Virus record (IMG/VR): IMGVR_UViG_3300046005_000547
Location: 170,736-234,735 of that record
Direction: 5' to 3' (one strand)
DNA length: 64,000 bases
In this document: positions 10,434-19,942 of the stretch, piece after piece
Layout of the letters: each line of letters starts with the position of its first letter
Numbering within the stretch: position 1 is the first letter of the stretch
The notes under the pieces: generated by a model
Told to the model about the DNA's origin: nothing
What the model saw: only the letters and a program-made list of their open reading frames with translations
Databases searched by the model: none
Program-made: the position numbers and the translations under genes

Positions 10434-10538
10434 TATAATACATCTTATTTGTTGAATACACAACGAAAACAATACATCCTGTATGATATATTGTTCTAAT
10501 CATTAACATTGTTTAAACGACAAATAAGATGTATTATA
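10434..10538. repeat. Dispersed ~105 bp inverted-repeat element, copy H1 (divergent)
   Basis: Perfect 19-bp arms TATAATACATCTTATTTGT (10434-10452) / ACAAATAAGATGTATTATA (10520-10538) with ATCCTGTA core. Confidence 0.85.
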
Positions 10539-10555
10539 ACTGATATTTTATCCAA

Positions 10556-10585
10556 AAGAAATCCCATCATTTTATTGATGGGATT
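10556..10585 (-). terminator. Intrinsic terminator
   Basis: AATCCCATCA/TGATGGGATT stem, A-tract on + strand. Confidence 0.8.
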
Positions 10586-10588
10586 ATC

Positions 10589-11035
10589 TTAAGGTTTTGA
10601 CGCAAATACATTAAAATGTTCAATATAATAACCGATTGCGCCAGCTATACCAACAATAAACCATTTCCATTGTTCAATCTTAGAAATACGTTCTTCTAAT
10701 TCTTCAATTTTATCTACAGTGTCTTCCAATTTATCTTTGTGAGCTTCAGCAAATTTTGAACCAAATTCAGCAACGCTTTTATTGATTTGTTTATCAGATT
10801 CATCCACTTTAGAAGATACGGCTTTAACATCTTGAACTAGAGATTTATGTTGTTCTTCAAATTTAATAATTTTTTCTTCATGTACAGCAACCATTTTATT
10901 CATGGTGATTGTATTTTCAGCAACCTTTTCAACAACTTTTTCTAATCTGTCGATTGTTCTTTGTTGGGATGCCAATTCAATATCGGCGACGTGGTCGGAT
11001 GCTCTTCTTTTAACAATCTGCTCTTCCATATGCAT
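10589..11035 (-). CDS. Coiled-coil protein with C-terminal TM helix (XhlA/holin-like architecture)
   Basis: Heptad-rich body; RISKIEQWKWFIVGIAGAIGYYI. Confidence 0.45.
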   Translation of the reverse strand: MHMEEQIVKRRASDHVADIELASQQRTIDRLEKVVEKVAENTITMNKMVAVHEEKIIKFEEQHKSLVQDVKAVSSKVDESDKQINKSVAEFGSKFAEAHKDKLEDTVDKIEELEERISKIEQWKWFIVGIAGAIGYYIEHFNVFASKP

Positions 11036-11420
11036 TTTCCGTTAAAGTTAAAAAATCAATCACTTGAATTTCTTCTTGTAATCGTTTATTTGATGAGACA
11101 ATATCTAAAAATTGTTCAGAAATTATATTCTCATCCATGTTGTTCTTGTATGATTCTTTGATTAAGAACATAGCAGCAGCTAAATTTTTAATTCTAGTGT
11201 CACCTCCAGGCAACATATTCATCATACGTTTTAAATTAAAAACTAATCTTTTTAGATAATTGACTGAATCTTTCTCTTCAGATGTTTTTAATGTATTGTA
11301 TTTTTTCAACACTTTACCATTCTCATCAATGATGCCTAATTTAAAAGCATCAGTTTGATTAAATGGTGTGGTCAATAATGACAATATACGTAAAGCAATA
11401 AGATTATCGATAATTTTCAT
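11010..11420 (-). CDS. Conserved T4-like phage hypothetical protein
   Basis: ALRILSLLTTPFNQTDAFKLGIIDENGKVLK motif seen in T4-like/jumbo phage late-region genes. Confidence 0.65.
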   Translation of the reverse strand: MKIIDNLIALRILSLLTTPFNQTDAFKLGIIDENGKVLKKYNTLKTSEEKDSVNYLKRLVFNLKRMMNMLPGGDTRIKNLAAAMFLIKESYKNNMDENIISEQFLDIVSSNKRLQEEIQVIDFLTLTENAYGRADC

Positions 11421-11761
11421 TACATTCCTCTTAACATGTTAAATGTTTTTTCATCATATTCCATTCCTTCATCTATATCATAATTAAGAAACATTACAAC
11501 AGAAGCAATTACACCCCAATGTTTCTTATCTATTTTATTGTAGAGGAATTCTGTTGTATTAACACCAAAAACATTATATAGAATTATGATATGATTGACT
11601 ATCAATTTAATACAAGATTCTTCATTGTTTGTATATCTGACAAGCAATTTCCTCAATAAATTAAATCTTGCATAATCATATTTGAATTCAAAGATATTAT
11701 TACATTGAAGATTATTATAAGAATTTTTTGCTTTATCGAAGAAATCATTGTCGTCATTCAT
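11420..11761 (-). CDS. Conserved T4-like phage hypothetical protein
   Basis: EFKYDYARFNLLRKLLVRY...LIVNHIIILYNVFG. Confidence 0.65.
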   Translation of the reverse strand: MNDDNDFFDKAKNSYNNLQCNNIFEFKYDYARFNLLRKLLVRYTNNEESCIKLIVNHIIILYNVFGVNTTEFLYNKIDKKHWGVIASVVMFLNYDIDEGMEYDEKTFNMLRGM

Positions 11762-11763
11762 TT

Positions 11764-12633
11764 TTACACCACAGTCAACGTTGCAGCTGTTGTTAATTTA
11801 GGTGTAGCATTTGTTGCCGTCACATTACACGTATACTTTTTACCATTCAAACCAGTTGTATTTGAAATGGTCAATGTCGCGGTCGTTGTGCCGGTATAAA
11901 CACCCACGTTTGTTAAATCAACGCCATCGACTTTCCATTGGTAACTTAATGTACCACCACCAGCCGAAATTGTAGCAGTCGTCGCAAATGTTGTTCCAGC
12001 AGGAGCAGTAATTGTTCTATTTGTTGGAGCAGACGCTGAAATTACAAATGGATCTTTCATTCGCAATTCGCCAAATTTAGTAGTCACAGTATCAGCATTA
12101 GCTGCAGTTACAATACAACGATATTTCTTACCAATCAAACCAGTCGTAGAAGAAATAGATAACGTATTTGTCGTCGCTCCTAAATAAACACCAGTATTGG
12201 ATACGTTGGCGAATGTTTTATTCGAAGCAGAAACTTGCCATTGGTAACTTAATGCACCACCACCAACCGAAATAGTCGCTGTTGTTGAAACGGTTGCTGC
12301 AGTTCCTTCGAAGATTACACTTGATGCTGGATCTGTAGCTGAAATTACATAAGTTTGAGTCGCAGTTAAATTGGCATCCACTGCTCTGGTGACACCAATT
12401 GAATATCCAGAATTCGATGCTGGATTTAACAATTCAGCTTTATGTCGAGTTGTTCCAGCGGAATCTTTATACGTAAAGTATTTCCAATATCCTGAACATG
12501 TAATCCCTTTCAATTTAGTGTCTGGATCGTCAGCTTCCGCTTGAGATACAAAAATTACATTTCTTCTATCATCTTCCGATAGAAATGACGGTAAATTGGT
12601 TTCCGTATCTGTTCCAAATTTCCATGTACCCAT
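11764..12633 (-). CDS. Hoc-like virion decoration protein with two Ig-like domains
   Basis: Duplicated LSYQW...GVY.G.TT.TL.IS.TTGL.GKKY.C.VTA; TATAAATA late promoter upstream. Confidence 0.75.
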   Translation of the reverse strand: MGTWKFGTDTETNLPSFLSEDDRRNVIFVSQAEADDPDTKLKGITCSGYWKYFTYKDSAGTTRHKAELLNPASNSGYSIGVTRAVDANLTATQTYVISATDPASSVIFEGTAATVSTTATISVGGGALSYQWQVSASNKTFANVSNTGVYLGATTNTLSISSTTGLIGKKYRCIVTAANADTVTTKFGELRMKDPFVISASAPTNRTITAPAGTTFATTATISAGGGTLSYQWKVDGVDLTNVGVYTGTTTATLTISNTTGLNGKKYTCNVTATNATPKLTTAATLTVV

Positions 12634-12671
12634 TTTGTTTGTTCCTTATAAAAATAATAGTGGTATGGAAT

Positions 12672-12679
12672 TATTTATA
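12672..12679 (-). promoter_or_regulatory. T4-type late promoter
   Basis: Exact TATAAATA about 40 nt upstream of Ig-domain gene. Confidence 0.75.
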
Positions 12680-12688
12680 TGGATGTAT

Positions 12689-13621
12689 CTAACGATGCGC
12701 AGATAATCTCGCAGATTCAATTTTCTTGATTTTTGGTAACAATTTATTTGCCAATTTTGTGATAGTTGCTCGTTTCTTCTGAACCATCTTTTCCAATCTT
12801 TCTTTTTCAGGAATCGATAATGTATTCAGAGGTTTCTTAGCCATTTTTGTTTTAAACGCAATAATGGCAGCATGTCTTGCTCTGGAAGCAATTTTAGCTG
12901 GAGATGATTTTGTATGTAATGCCAATTTCATTTTAGCGGTTCGTTTCGATTGAGATTGATGAAATTTAACAGCCATTTTCAATCGAGCCATTCTACTTAA
13001 CATTTCATCAAGACGTTCCACAGATTCATTAGTTGGTACATAAGGATCTACAATACCTGGATGAATATACCCCATATGATTATCTTCATCATCAACAATA
13101 TGTAATTCATCGTCGTCATATACATCCATACCAATTAAATCTTCTAAATCTCCGATACTGTCGTAAATATCATCAACAACATCATCGTTAATTCCAATTA
13201 AATTCCCGAAAATATCTTCTGTTGTTGTATCGTCTTCTAAATCATATTCTAATTCTTCAACTTTACCGTCATTGTCGATATCTCCATCAATCTTACCATC
13301 TTTATTCTTATCTTGTAAATGATCTGGAATATCATCATCATTGAAATCTGTATAAGATTTTCTTGGTACATTATATAATGAATCCATTGTACCACTAGAT
13401 GTGGCTTCATTTACTCGTTTTCTTAATTCTTTGAATGTTTGCATTGGTTTAACCGATTCTGATACTGTTGAAATAATGACATTCGATGCCGTCTTTTTAA
13501 GAGCATCGGGGATTGTCTTGTCGTCTTTTAATCTTACCATCATTTTCTTCTTAAAATCTTTATCTTTTGGATTTAAGTCAAATGTATCGGCAAGCATCTG
13601 TAATAATTGTTCGTCTTTCAT
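12689..13621 (-). CDS. Putative head-associated protein: acidic middle, basic helical C-terminal domain, internal protease-site motifs
   Basis: ESVKPMQTFKELRKRVNE/A; DKNKDGKIDGDIDNDGK; basic C-terminal region; CATAAATA upstream (13647-13654). Confidence 0.55.
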   Translation of the reverse strand: MKDEQLLQMLADTFDLNPKDKDFKKKMMVRLKDDKTIPDALKKTASNVIISTVSESVKPMQTFKELRKRVNEATSSGTMDSLYNVPRKSYTDFNDDDIPDHLQDKNKDGKIDGDIDNDGKVEELEYDLEDDTTTEDIFGNLIGINDDVVDDIYDSIGDLEDLIGMDVYDDDELHIVDDEDNHMGYIHPGIVDPYVPTNESVERLDEMLSRMARLKMAVKFHQSQSKRTAKMKLALHTKSSPAKIASRARHAAIIAFKTKMAKKPLNTLSIPEKERLEKMVQKKRATITKLANKLLPKIKKIESARLSAHR

Positions 13622-13645
13622 GAGATTCCTCTATTCAATATGTTA

Positions 13646-14191
13646 TTATTTATGTATTAAACATTCCCATATTTCAAGAGCTTCCCTATAATGACATTCA
13701 TGGGGTAACATTTTATAGAAAGAATTGTAATCATTATTTTCAACATATTCTCTCATTTTAGAACTGGAATAGGATGACGGTCCAATACCAAATCTTTCAC
13801 CTCTTGATACAATTTCAACAGATTTGAATTCAAAATAATCTCTTGTATTTAAAAACAAATCGAATCGAGTTTTATATTCATCAAATCTATCTTCACCGCA
13901 TACCACTATTACTTTTTCATATTGATTTTGATGTGCGTAATGTAATAGATTGATTGGTTGTTTTACTTTTTTATCATAATCAATCTTAACAAGTCCGTCT
14001 GTCCATTTGTTCATCAACAACGATTTAATCTCATATGGTAAAGGATTTTTGTTATTGTCTTCTGTGTGAGATAAGAACATAGCAGAATCAGCATTGTATT
14101 TCTTAGCCAACTCCTTGATTTTAGAAATCAATAAGAAATGTCCTTTATGTGGTGGATTGCATCTGGCAAATGAACAGACTAATGTTTTCAT
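13646..14191 (-). CDS. Cytidylyltransferase-like (HIGH-class) nucleotidyltransferase
   Basis: FARCNPPHKGH ... NPLPYE.K ... VVCGEDR ... SSSKMRE. Confidence 0.85.
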   Translation of the reverse strand: MKTLVCSFARCNPPHKGHFLLISKIKELAKKYNADSAMFLSHTEDNNKNPLPYEIKSLLMNKWTDGLVKIDYDKKVKQPINLLHYAHQNQYEKVIVVCGEDRFDEYKTRFDLFLNTRDYFEFKSVEIVSRGERFGIGPSSYSSSKMREYVENNDYNSFYKMLPHECHYREALEIWECLIHK

Positions 14192-15039
14192 TGTTTCATC
14201 AACTCCTTAAATTCTAATGTTGTAACTTTATACCATGTATCGTTAATCTTAAACATAATACCTTCAAACATTTCTCCCATTAAATTGGTTCCGACAACCT
14301 GAGATAAAATATATTCAGAAAACAAATCTTTACGTTCTTGTAATACATGTTTGATTGATTCTTTTTGAACCTTATCTATTTTCTTTCTTGATGTTAAAAT
14401 TTGTTCAACATTTGGTATGTCCAATACTTTGAACACCCATTCTAATTCTTTCAGAATATTGACATTTTTGAATGAGATGAACGGATTAATGAATTTGTAA
14501 TTATTATTTGATTCCATTAACAAACCATCAATTATTTGTTTTGATTCAGGATGTTCTTCATTATACACTGAATCTAAGACAGTGTGTGGGAATAATGTAG
14601 CAACTTGCCCCAATAATGGACAAGGATATGCGATATGTACAAATTTGATTGTATTCATTCGCATTGGAGTCAATCCATTTTTGTACATTAGAACTTCCAT
14701 ACAAACTTCTGTATCACAAGGAATACACAAAAATCCATTCAAATATGAATCAGCCAAATCTCTATACATTTCTGCTCGTTTGATTTGTAAAGGATCTGTA
14801 ATTCCTTTCAATTCGATATAATCAATGAATTCTTGACCTCTGTAAATTTCACCAGAATTGCTTGTTTTAACATAAAGTTTTCCTGATAATTCTTTACCAA
14901 TTCTGAATCCAAATCCATCAATTTTTAACATGACTGGAATATCAGAAAGGATGTCCCCTTTTTGTTTAATTGTTTTTAACATATTGATGAATTCAATATC
15001 TTTCATCTTATGTACATGTTGAACAGATTTTCTAGTCAT
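14188..15039 (-). CDS. ATP-dependent ligase/capping-fold nucleotidyltransferase-like protein
   Basis: Motif I-like MLKIDG; motif IV/V-like FEGIMFK...WYKV at C-terminus. Confidence 0.5.
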   Translation of the reverse strand: MTRKSVQHVHKMKDIEFINMLKTIKQKGDILSDIPVMLKIDGFGFRIGKELSGKLYVKTSNSGEIYRGQEFIDYIELKGITDPLQIKRAEMYRDLADSYLNGFLCIPCDTEVCMEVLMYKNGLTPMRMNTIKFVHIAYPCPLLGQVATLFPHTVLDSVYNEEHPESKQIIDGLLMESNNNYKFINPFISFKNVNILKELEWVFKVLDIPNVEQILTSRKKIDKVQKESIKHVLQERKDLFSEYILSQVVGTNLMGEMFEGIMFKINDTWYKVTTLEFKELMKQ

Positions 15040-16096
15040 TGTTTAATCCTCTTGAATAATAATCAGATATTATCTTACTATAATTTACATCTAAATCAAT
15101 ATCTAATTTTTCGCATATAAACATCAATCCTGTAACTTTTTCATCATAATCTTTAACAGGATTATCTCTTACAATCATCTGAGAGTTGACACTAAACATC
15201 CTACCAACATAATCATCTACAATCGATTTAATATGTTCTGGTAGGAATCGTTGAATCAATCTAATACATCCATTGAATGATTTTATTTCATTCTTATACA
15301 TCAATGATTTTACTCCAAACAATATCTCAAGGATACTATCCAAATCTGTATGGAATATCGATTCATCAGATGTCAGTTCATTAAATACAGGAATTCCATT
15401 ATCAAACAATTCAGTTGGTATGTATCGCCAACGTAATCCTCGTTGAACAGAAAATGCTAATTGACTTTTTTCAACAATTTTTGGTTTCTTTGTTTTTCCT
15501 GTTAACAATACAATTCGTTCTTTTGTCCTTGAAGCGGCAATAGATTGTAACATGTATTTGTGATGGAATCCTTTAATGTCTTGAATTATATCATCCCATG
15601 AACTAGAATGTGAAAATTTACTCCATTCAGTGGGTTCTCCGTTTTCAAATTCAACCAGTTCAAAATCAATCTGAATGTTGAGATTAAATTGATTGAAATG
15701 CCATAATGTGATGTATTGACCAGCAGATGTCTTATATCCAATTAGTTTCCATTTTTCAAAATCAACATATCCAGTCAGACTATCAAGCATTCTTCTGATT
15801 GAATCTTTCGTGTTAATATCAACCATCAAATCAATATCACCAACTGTATCCTTTTTCAATACAAATTGATATGTTGGTATATCATCTACGTTGAATAGAT
15901 GATATGATGAACCAGAAAGGAATTGTTTGGAATTGAATAATGAATCATTCCAAATTTGTCGTTTATTGAACGTATTATGTAATTGATTCAATGTTGATAA
16001 CAATTCATCAACTTCTTGGACTAGGGTATCTCTGTCAACATGTAATAAATCAATCCTGTCTGCTTTGATACCATCAATTATAACATTTCCACCCAT
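15032..16096 (-). CDS. Pol-beta-superfamily nucleotidyltransferase (MGGN-start jumbo phage family)
   Basis: LSGSS ... VGDIDLMVD ... IQIDFE; IKGFHHKYMLQS. Confidence 0.7.
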   Translation of the reverse strand: MGGNVIIDGIKADRIDLLHVDRDTLVQEVDELLSTLNQLHNTFNKRQIWNDSLFNSKQFLSGSSYHLFNVDDIPTYQFVLKKDTVGDIDLMVDINTKDSIRRMLDSLTGYVDFEKWKLIGYKTSAGQYITLWHFNQFNLNIQIDFELVEFENGEPTEWSKFSHSSSWDDIIQDIKGFHHKYMLQSIAASRTKERIVLLTGKTKKPKIVEKSQLAFSVQRGLRWRYIPTELFDNGIPVFNELTSDESIFHTDLDSILEILFGVKSLMYKNEIKSFNGCIRLIQRFLPEHIKSIVDDYVGRMFSVNSQMIVRDNPVKDYDEKVTGLMFICEKLDIDLDVNYSKIISDYYSRGLNND

Positions 16097-16296
16097 TAGA
16101 TTTTACCTTTACGTTCTTCAAATGCATATGACTGTATTTTATCCACTAAATCTGGTCTACGTTTTTTATAGAATACATCGGTACAACGTTCATCAATCGC
16201 AGAGTAAATTTGTTTTATCACATTAAAAGGATCTTCTCCTTTACGGATATGATTTTTTAATATGATGTTCAATAACCATTTTTCTAATCTATTCAT
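16096..16296 (-). CDS. Hypothetical protein
   Basis: Coupled ORF. Confidence 0.55.
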   Translation of the reverse strand: MNRLEKWLLNIILKNHIRKGEDPFNVIKQIYSAIDERCTDVFYKKRRPDLVDKIQSYAFEERKGKI

Positions 16297-16537
16297 TTTT
16301 AAATACCTGATGGAAGAAACGTTCGTCGGATAATTTGAAACCTAATTCAACGCAATTCAAATATACATCTATATCAGAATCAATGATATTGTCATTGGTG
16401 TTGACATATTTCATGATTGATTTATACACTGATGTTGAACTTCTGCTACCAGAATAAAATCCAGTTAACATCTGTTTGAATTGCTTGGAGTTGATATATT
16501 CAGAAATTGATAACATTTGAGTTCCTTTAAGATTCAT
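16289..16537 (-). CDS. Hypothetical protein
   Basis: Overlapping ORF in operon. Confidence 0.55.
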   Translation of the reverse strand: MNLKGTQMLSISEYINSKQFKQMLTGFYSGSRSSTSVYKSIMKYVNTNDNIIDSDIDVYLNCVELGFKLSDERFFHQVFKNE

Positions 16538-16952
16538 GACGTAAAGAGTTTTTCTTTACTTTACCAGTTGATGTTAATGAGACATTCCATAAAATACCAG
16601 TATCAGAATTGATATGGAACCAGACATATTTCTGAGTTTGGTCAACAATTTTGATTTCATCTGATTCCAGTAAATCCGCTTCTTTTTTGATTTGTGTTGT
16701 TAAATCAGAAACGGTATTTTCTACATATAAAATTTTAATCAAAGCTGTTTGGATGTGATTGTCATCAAGGTATTCATAAAACGTATCAGACAATGTATAA
16801 TTTTCTAATTTATTGATGTGATGGAAGATTCTCCATGCTTGTTGGACTCTTGATTGGTCAGAAACCAAAGACAATGGTAATTTGAACTCTGAGATACCAT
16901 GCATTTCAATAGCAGTTTTCAACATTGTTTGATGTTCAGATGTCATTTTCAT
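16527..16952 (-). CDS. Hypothetical protein
   Basis: GGAGG RBS, follows promoter 16988-17015. Confidence 0.7.
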   Translation of the reverse strand: MKMTSEHQTMLKTAIEMHGISEFKLPLSLVSDQSRVQQAWRIFHHINKLENYTLSDTFYEYLDDNHIQTALIKILYVENTVSDLTTQIKKEADLLESDEIKIVDQTQKYVWFHINSDTGILWNVSLTSTGKVKKNSLRHES

Positions 16953-16987
16953 TTTTAATTCCTCCGATATAATTCAACATGAAATCT

Positions 16988-17015
16988 ATTATAATGTTTT
17001 TTAGATTCATCGAAA
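16988..17015 (-). promoter_or_regulatory. Early-type promoter
   Basis: TTTCGA-N16-TATAAT. Confidence 0.75.
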
Positions 17016-17030
17016 GACTTTTCTTTATCT

Positions 17031-17069
17031 AAAAAGAAACCCGATAGAGATTTTCGCTCTATCGGGTTT
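17031..17069 (-). terminator. Intrinsic terminator
   Basis: AAACCCGATAGAG/CTCTATCGGGTTT. Confidence 0.8.
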
Positions 17070-17073
17070 GGTG

Positions 17074-18540
17074 TCATGAAATTTTGTAGAACACAGAACT
17101 AAAATGATTTTGTTTCTTAGAGGATAAACATAACATCTTTAATGTTTCTCTCATGTTAGTTTGTTCTAAACAATATAAGAAATGTAATAACACAAGACAT
17201 CTTTTAATTGTATATTGATTATCAGGTTCTTCAGTTTCCAACGTTTGAATGTCAATGAATACAAATTTATCGTTCTTTACATAATCAACAAATCCTGAAT
17301 ACTTTGAATCAATCGAATCCAATGTTTTCAATACATTAGATTCAGGAACTAATTGATAATCAACGTAATCCTTGAATTCAGGAATAATGAAATCAGTCAA
17401 TTTGTTAATCAATGCCTTAGAACTGCTACCGTCCCAATTAGATTTGTTGAAATCGGCAGAACCTTGACAATATACATTCAGGTCGTTACTCTTACCTCTT
17501 GGTGCCAATCTGAACATGTATTCGTAATCTTTACCAAATTCTTCCATGATACAATACATATTGATGTAAGATAACATATCATTGAATTTGAAAATCTTTA
17601 ATGGTCTATCATACCATAAATTATCAACATAATTGTAATCAACTTCGACTTTCTCTACCTTAGCAAATTCATTCAATGTTGATTCAGAAACTAATCCTGT
17701 TGTTGGAGCAATGACTTTCTTCAGGGAGAAACCAATCAATTGTCTTGTGTCAAACAGATGTTTAATGGTATCATTCAGGTCATATACATCTGCTCGTCCT
17801 GTTTCAATTCTGTATAGAACTTCCGAGAGGGTATCAATGACATTTTGTTTATGATGTTTGTTGATTGCCCATACATCAGATGGATTCCAATTATCTTTCG
17901 AGTCTGGTAGATATTTGGATTGAGTCATTGTAGTCAGAATTGGTAATTTATTCTTATCGGAATCTCTATAGAATTCATAAGAATGAATATCAATCACTCT
18001 ACTGACAGCATTATATGTTTCTTTGAATGATAAGAACCATGTGTCGTCAAATTCAAACCCGATTGTCTTATTGATTTGAGATTTGGTAGGATATTCAGGA
18101 AATGAGTTTAAAATGTAAGTGATAGCTTCTTCATGTTGATATGAACTTGGTCTATTATTTACAGTTTCATTACCATCTTCATCAACCACTCTTTTGAATC
18201 CACCTCCAGATTTATAGAATGTAAATGATACTCCACCGGTATGGAATTTAATGGCATTCTTGTCTTCTGAGATATGTTCAATACCAATATGCGAGATAGC
18301 ATCATACATTCGTTTGATGGATTGAAAATCATCTACAATGGAGAAATGGATGTTGTTTGTGATTTTATTATCGATTATCTTTAGATGCAATTTAGATGCA
18401 TAAGGTTGTAATGCATTCAACAATGTATTTATATGAGAATTGTTTTGAAATTGTTGACGTATTACTTCGAACGCAGATTTACCTAATCTATAATGGGTTG
18501 CTTCCTGTATTGTGTTGTTATACTGTTTAAAAGATAGCAT
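17074..18540 (-). CDS. PD-(D/E)xK restriction-like endonuclease with capsid-targeting-like N-terminus
   Basis: MLSFKQYNNTIQE/A; QHEEAI ... DNWNPSDVWAI ... LIGFSLKK (D...SLK variant active site). Confidence 0.55.
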   Translation of the reverse strand: MLSFKQYNNTIQEATHYRLGKSAFEVIRQQFQNNSHINTLLNALQPYASKLHLKIIDNKITNNIHFSIVDDFQSIKRMYDAISHIGIEHISEDKNAIKFHTGGVSFTFYKSGGGFKRVVDEDGNETVNNRPSSYQHEEAITYILNSFPEYPTKSQINKTIGFEFDDTWFLSFKETYNAVSRVIDIHSYEFYRDSDKNKLPILTTMTQSKYLPDSKDNWNPSDVWAINKHHKQNVIDTLSEVLYRIETGRADVYDLNDTIKHLFDTRQLIGFSLKKVIAPTTGLVSESTLNEFAKVEKVEVDYNYVDNLWYDRPLKIFKFNDMLSYINMYCIMEEFGKDYEYMFRLAPRGKSNDLNVYCQGSADFNKSNWDGSSSKALINKLTDFIIPEFKDYVDYQLVPESNVLKTLDSIDSKYSGFVDYVKNDKFVFIDIQTLETEEPDNQYTIKRCLVLLHFLYCLEQTNMRETLKMLCLSSKKQNHFSSVFYKIS

Positions 18541-18633
18541 TTATATTCCTTGGAAAAACAATATCATTGATAAAGATTTCCTATTTGGTTAAATTGAAAA
18601 AGCGAAAAACCTCGTCAGGAATTTCGCTTTGTA

Positions 18634-19230
18634 TTACATTGTAATTTGTTTATTCCTTAAAATCAATCTGATATGAGATAAGTCTTTATCATAAGACCAT
18701 ACTCGAGTATCGAATTCCCAATCGTTAGACCCATGATATAATGTAACATCAGTTTCAACGATTTTGTTTTCTTTCAAATCGATAATGTCGACGCAAACAT
18801 CTTCCATTCTGGATAATTTAGTCCATAATTTTCTGGCACCAAAGAATTGTTCCTCGTCGCCTAAGATAATCATATCATTATTCTTAACAAAATGTGTATA
18901 CATTCCAGCAGCGATTCTAGTACCTTGACATTTCGTAACAACCCTTACTCCGTCGACATTATATACGTTGTTGTAATGTAAAATCGAACCTCTGTAATCT
19001 AATTCAATTATACCATACGTTCTAAATTCAGTAATTTGTCTTCTTGTACAAAATTTACCAAGACGATACATTATGTTAGATTTTGATTCTAACTTACGAA
19101 TTTCATATTTCCATCCCTGTACATTTATTTCTTCAGGAATAGGATATTTGTCCTCTATAATTTGAAGAGAAACATTTTGAAAATCAATATCATCAATCCA
19201 GTCACCAACTCTAGCAATCGACATTTCCAA
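18634..19230 (-). CDS. GNAT-fold protein (paralog of 3200-3862 and 42203-42814)
   Basis: VRVVTKCQGTRIAAGMY...ILGDEEQFFGARKLWTKL. Confidence 0.5.
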   Translation of the reverse strand: MEMSIARVGDWIDDIDFQNVSLQIIEDKYPIPEEINVQGWKYEIRKLESKSNIMYRLGKFCTRRQITEFRTYGIIELDYRGSILHYNNVYNVDGVRVVTKCQGTRIAAGMYTHFVKNNDMIILGDEEQFFGARKLWTKLSRMEDVCVDIIDLKENKIVETDVTLYHGSNDWEFDTRVWSYDKDLSHIRLILRNKQITM

Positions 19231-19236
19231 CCTTAT

Positions 19237-19395
19237 TTAATTGTTTCTAAGAACTCCGAAAATAATGAATTCATATTTGGTGATAATTTCCTCATTTGAT
19301 AAATCAATGTTTGATTCAATTTCTTCCTGTAAAATATTGAACAATCCAAGTAGGATAGAAATTTGAGGATTGTTAAAAATAGTTGGATTTAACAT
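19237..19395 (-). CDS. 52-aa hypothetical protein (not in ORF track)
   Basis: Hand translation MLNPTIFNNPQISILLGLFNILQEEIES...LRNN*, packed between kinase and GNAT gene. Confidence 0.5.
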   Translation of the reverse strand: MLNPTIFNNPQISILLGLFNILQEEIESNIDLSNEEIITKYEFIIFGVLRNN

Positions 19396-19396
19396 A

Positions 19397-19942
19397 TTAT
19401 TTTTCCGAAAGAATTGAATTGATAAAATCTAAGATTTTAGATTGTTCTTCTTTTGTCTCATTTTTGAATTCTGTGATATATTCAGCTAATGAAAAATTGT
19501 TTTGGATATTTGAGATTTTCGTTTCTCTACCGTTCAAGAATTGGTCAGATTGATTAGATCCTCTATCCGCATATCGTTGTTTCAACAAATCTTGTTTACA
19601 TTTTAAGACAACGATATGAAATTCAATATCAGGTTGTTCTGACATCAATTCATATAGATTCATATTTGTTAATCTATCACCTTCCATCAAAATGTTTGAT
19701 TCTGTGACCTTGAACCATTTAACAAATTCTGGTTGAACAGCCAGACTCAACTTATCTGTTCCAGGAAACGTCTCACCTTCATCATATTTCCCTAAGATAT
19801 ACAAATCTAAATCTTTAGAGTATTCAGAATCCACTAATTTGGCAGGTTGTGTTCTTTCCCAAGTGGACGATTTCATGAATTCTCTGAACAGAGTAGATTT
19901 ACCAGTTCCTGGAACCCCACATACAGCAATAACTTTTCTCAT
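19397..19942 (-). CDS. P-loop kinase, 5-hydroxymethyluracil-DNA-kinase-like
   Basis: [17 protein letters not shown] Walker A; ILGKY...FPGTDKLS..VQP; LMEGDRL; TAATG overlap with upstream aGPT-Pplase gene. Confidence 0.75.
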   Translation of the reverse strand: MRKVIAVCGVPGTGKSTLFREFMKSSTWERTQPAKLVDSEYSKDLDLYILGKYDEGETFPGTDKLSLAVQPEFVKWFKVTESNILMEGDRLTNMNLYELMSEQPDIEFHIVVLKCKQDLLKQRYADRGSNQSDQFLNGRETKISNIQNNFSLAEYITEFKNETKEEQSKILDFINSILSEK

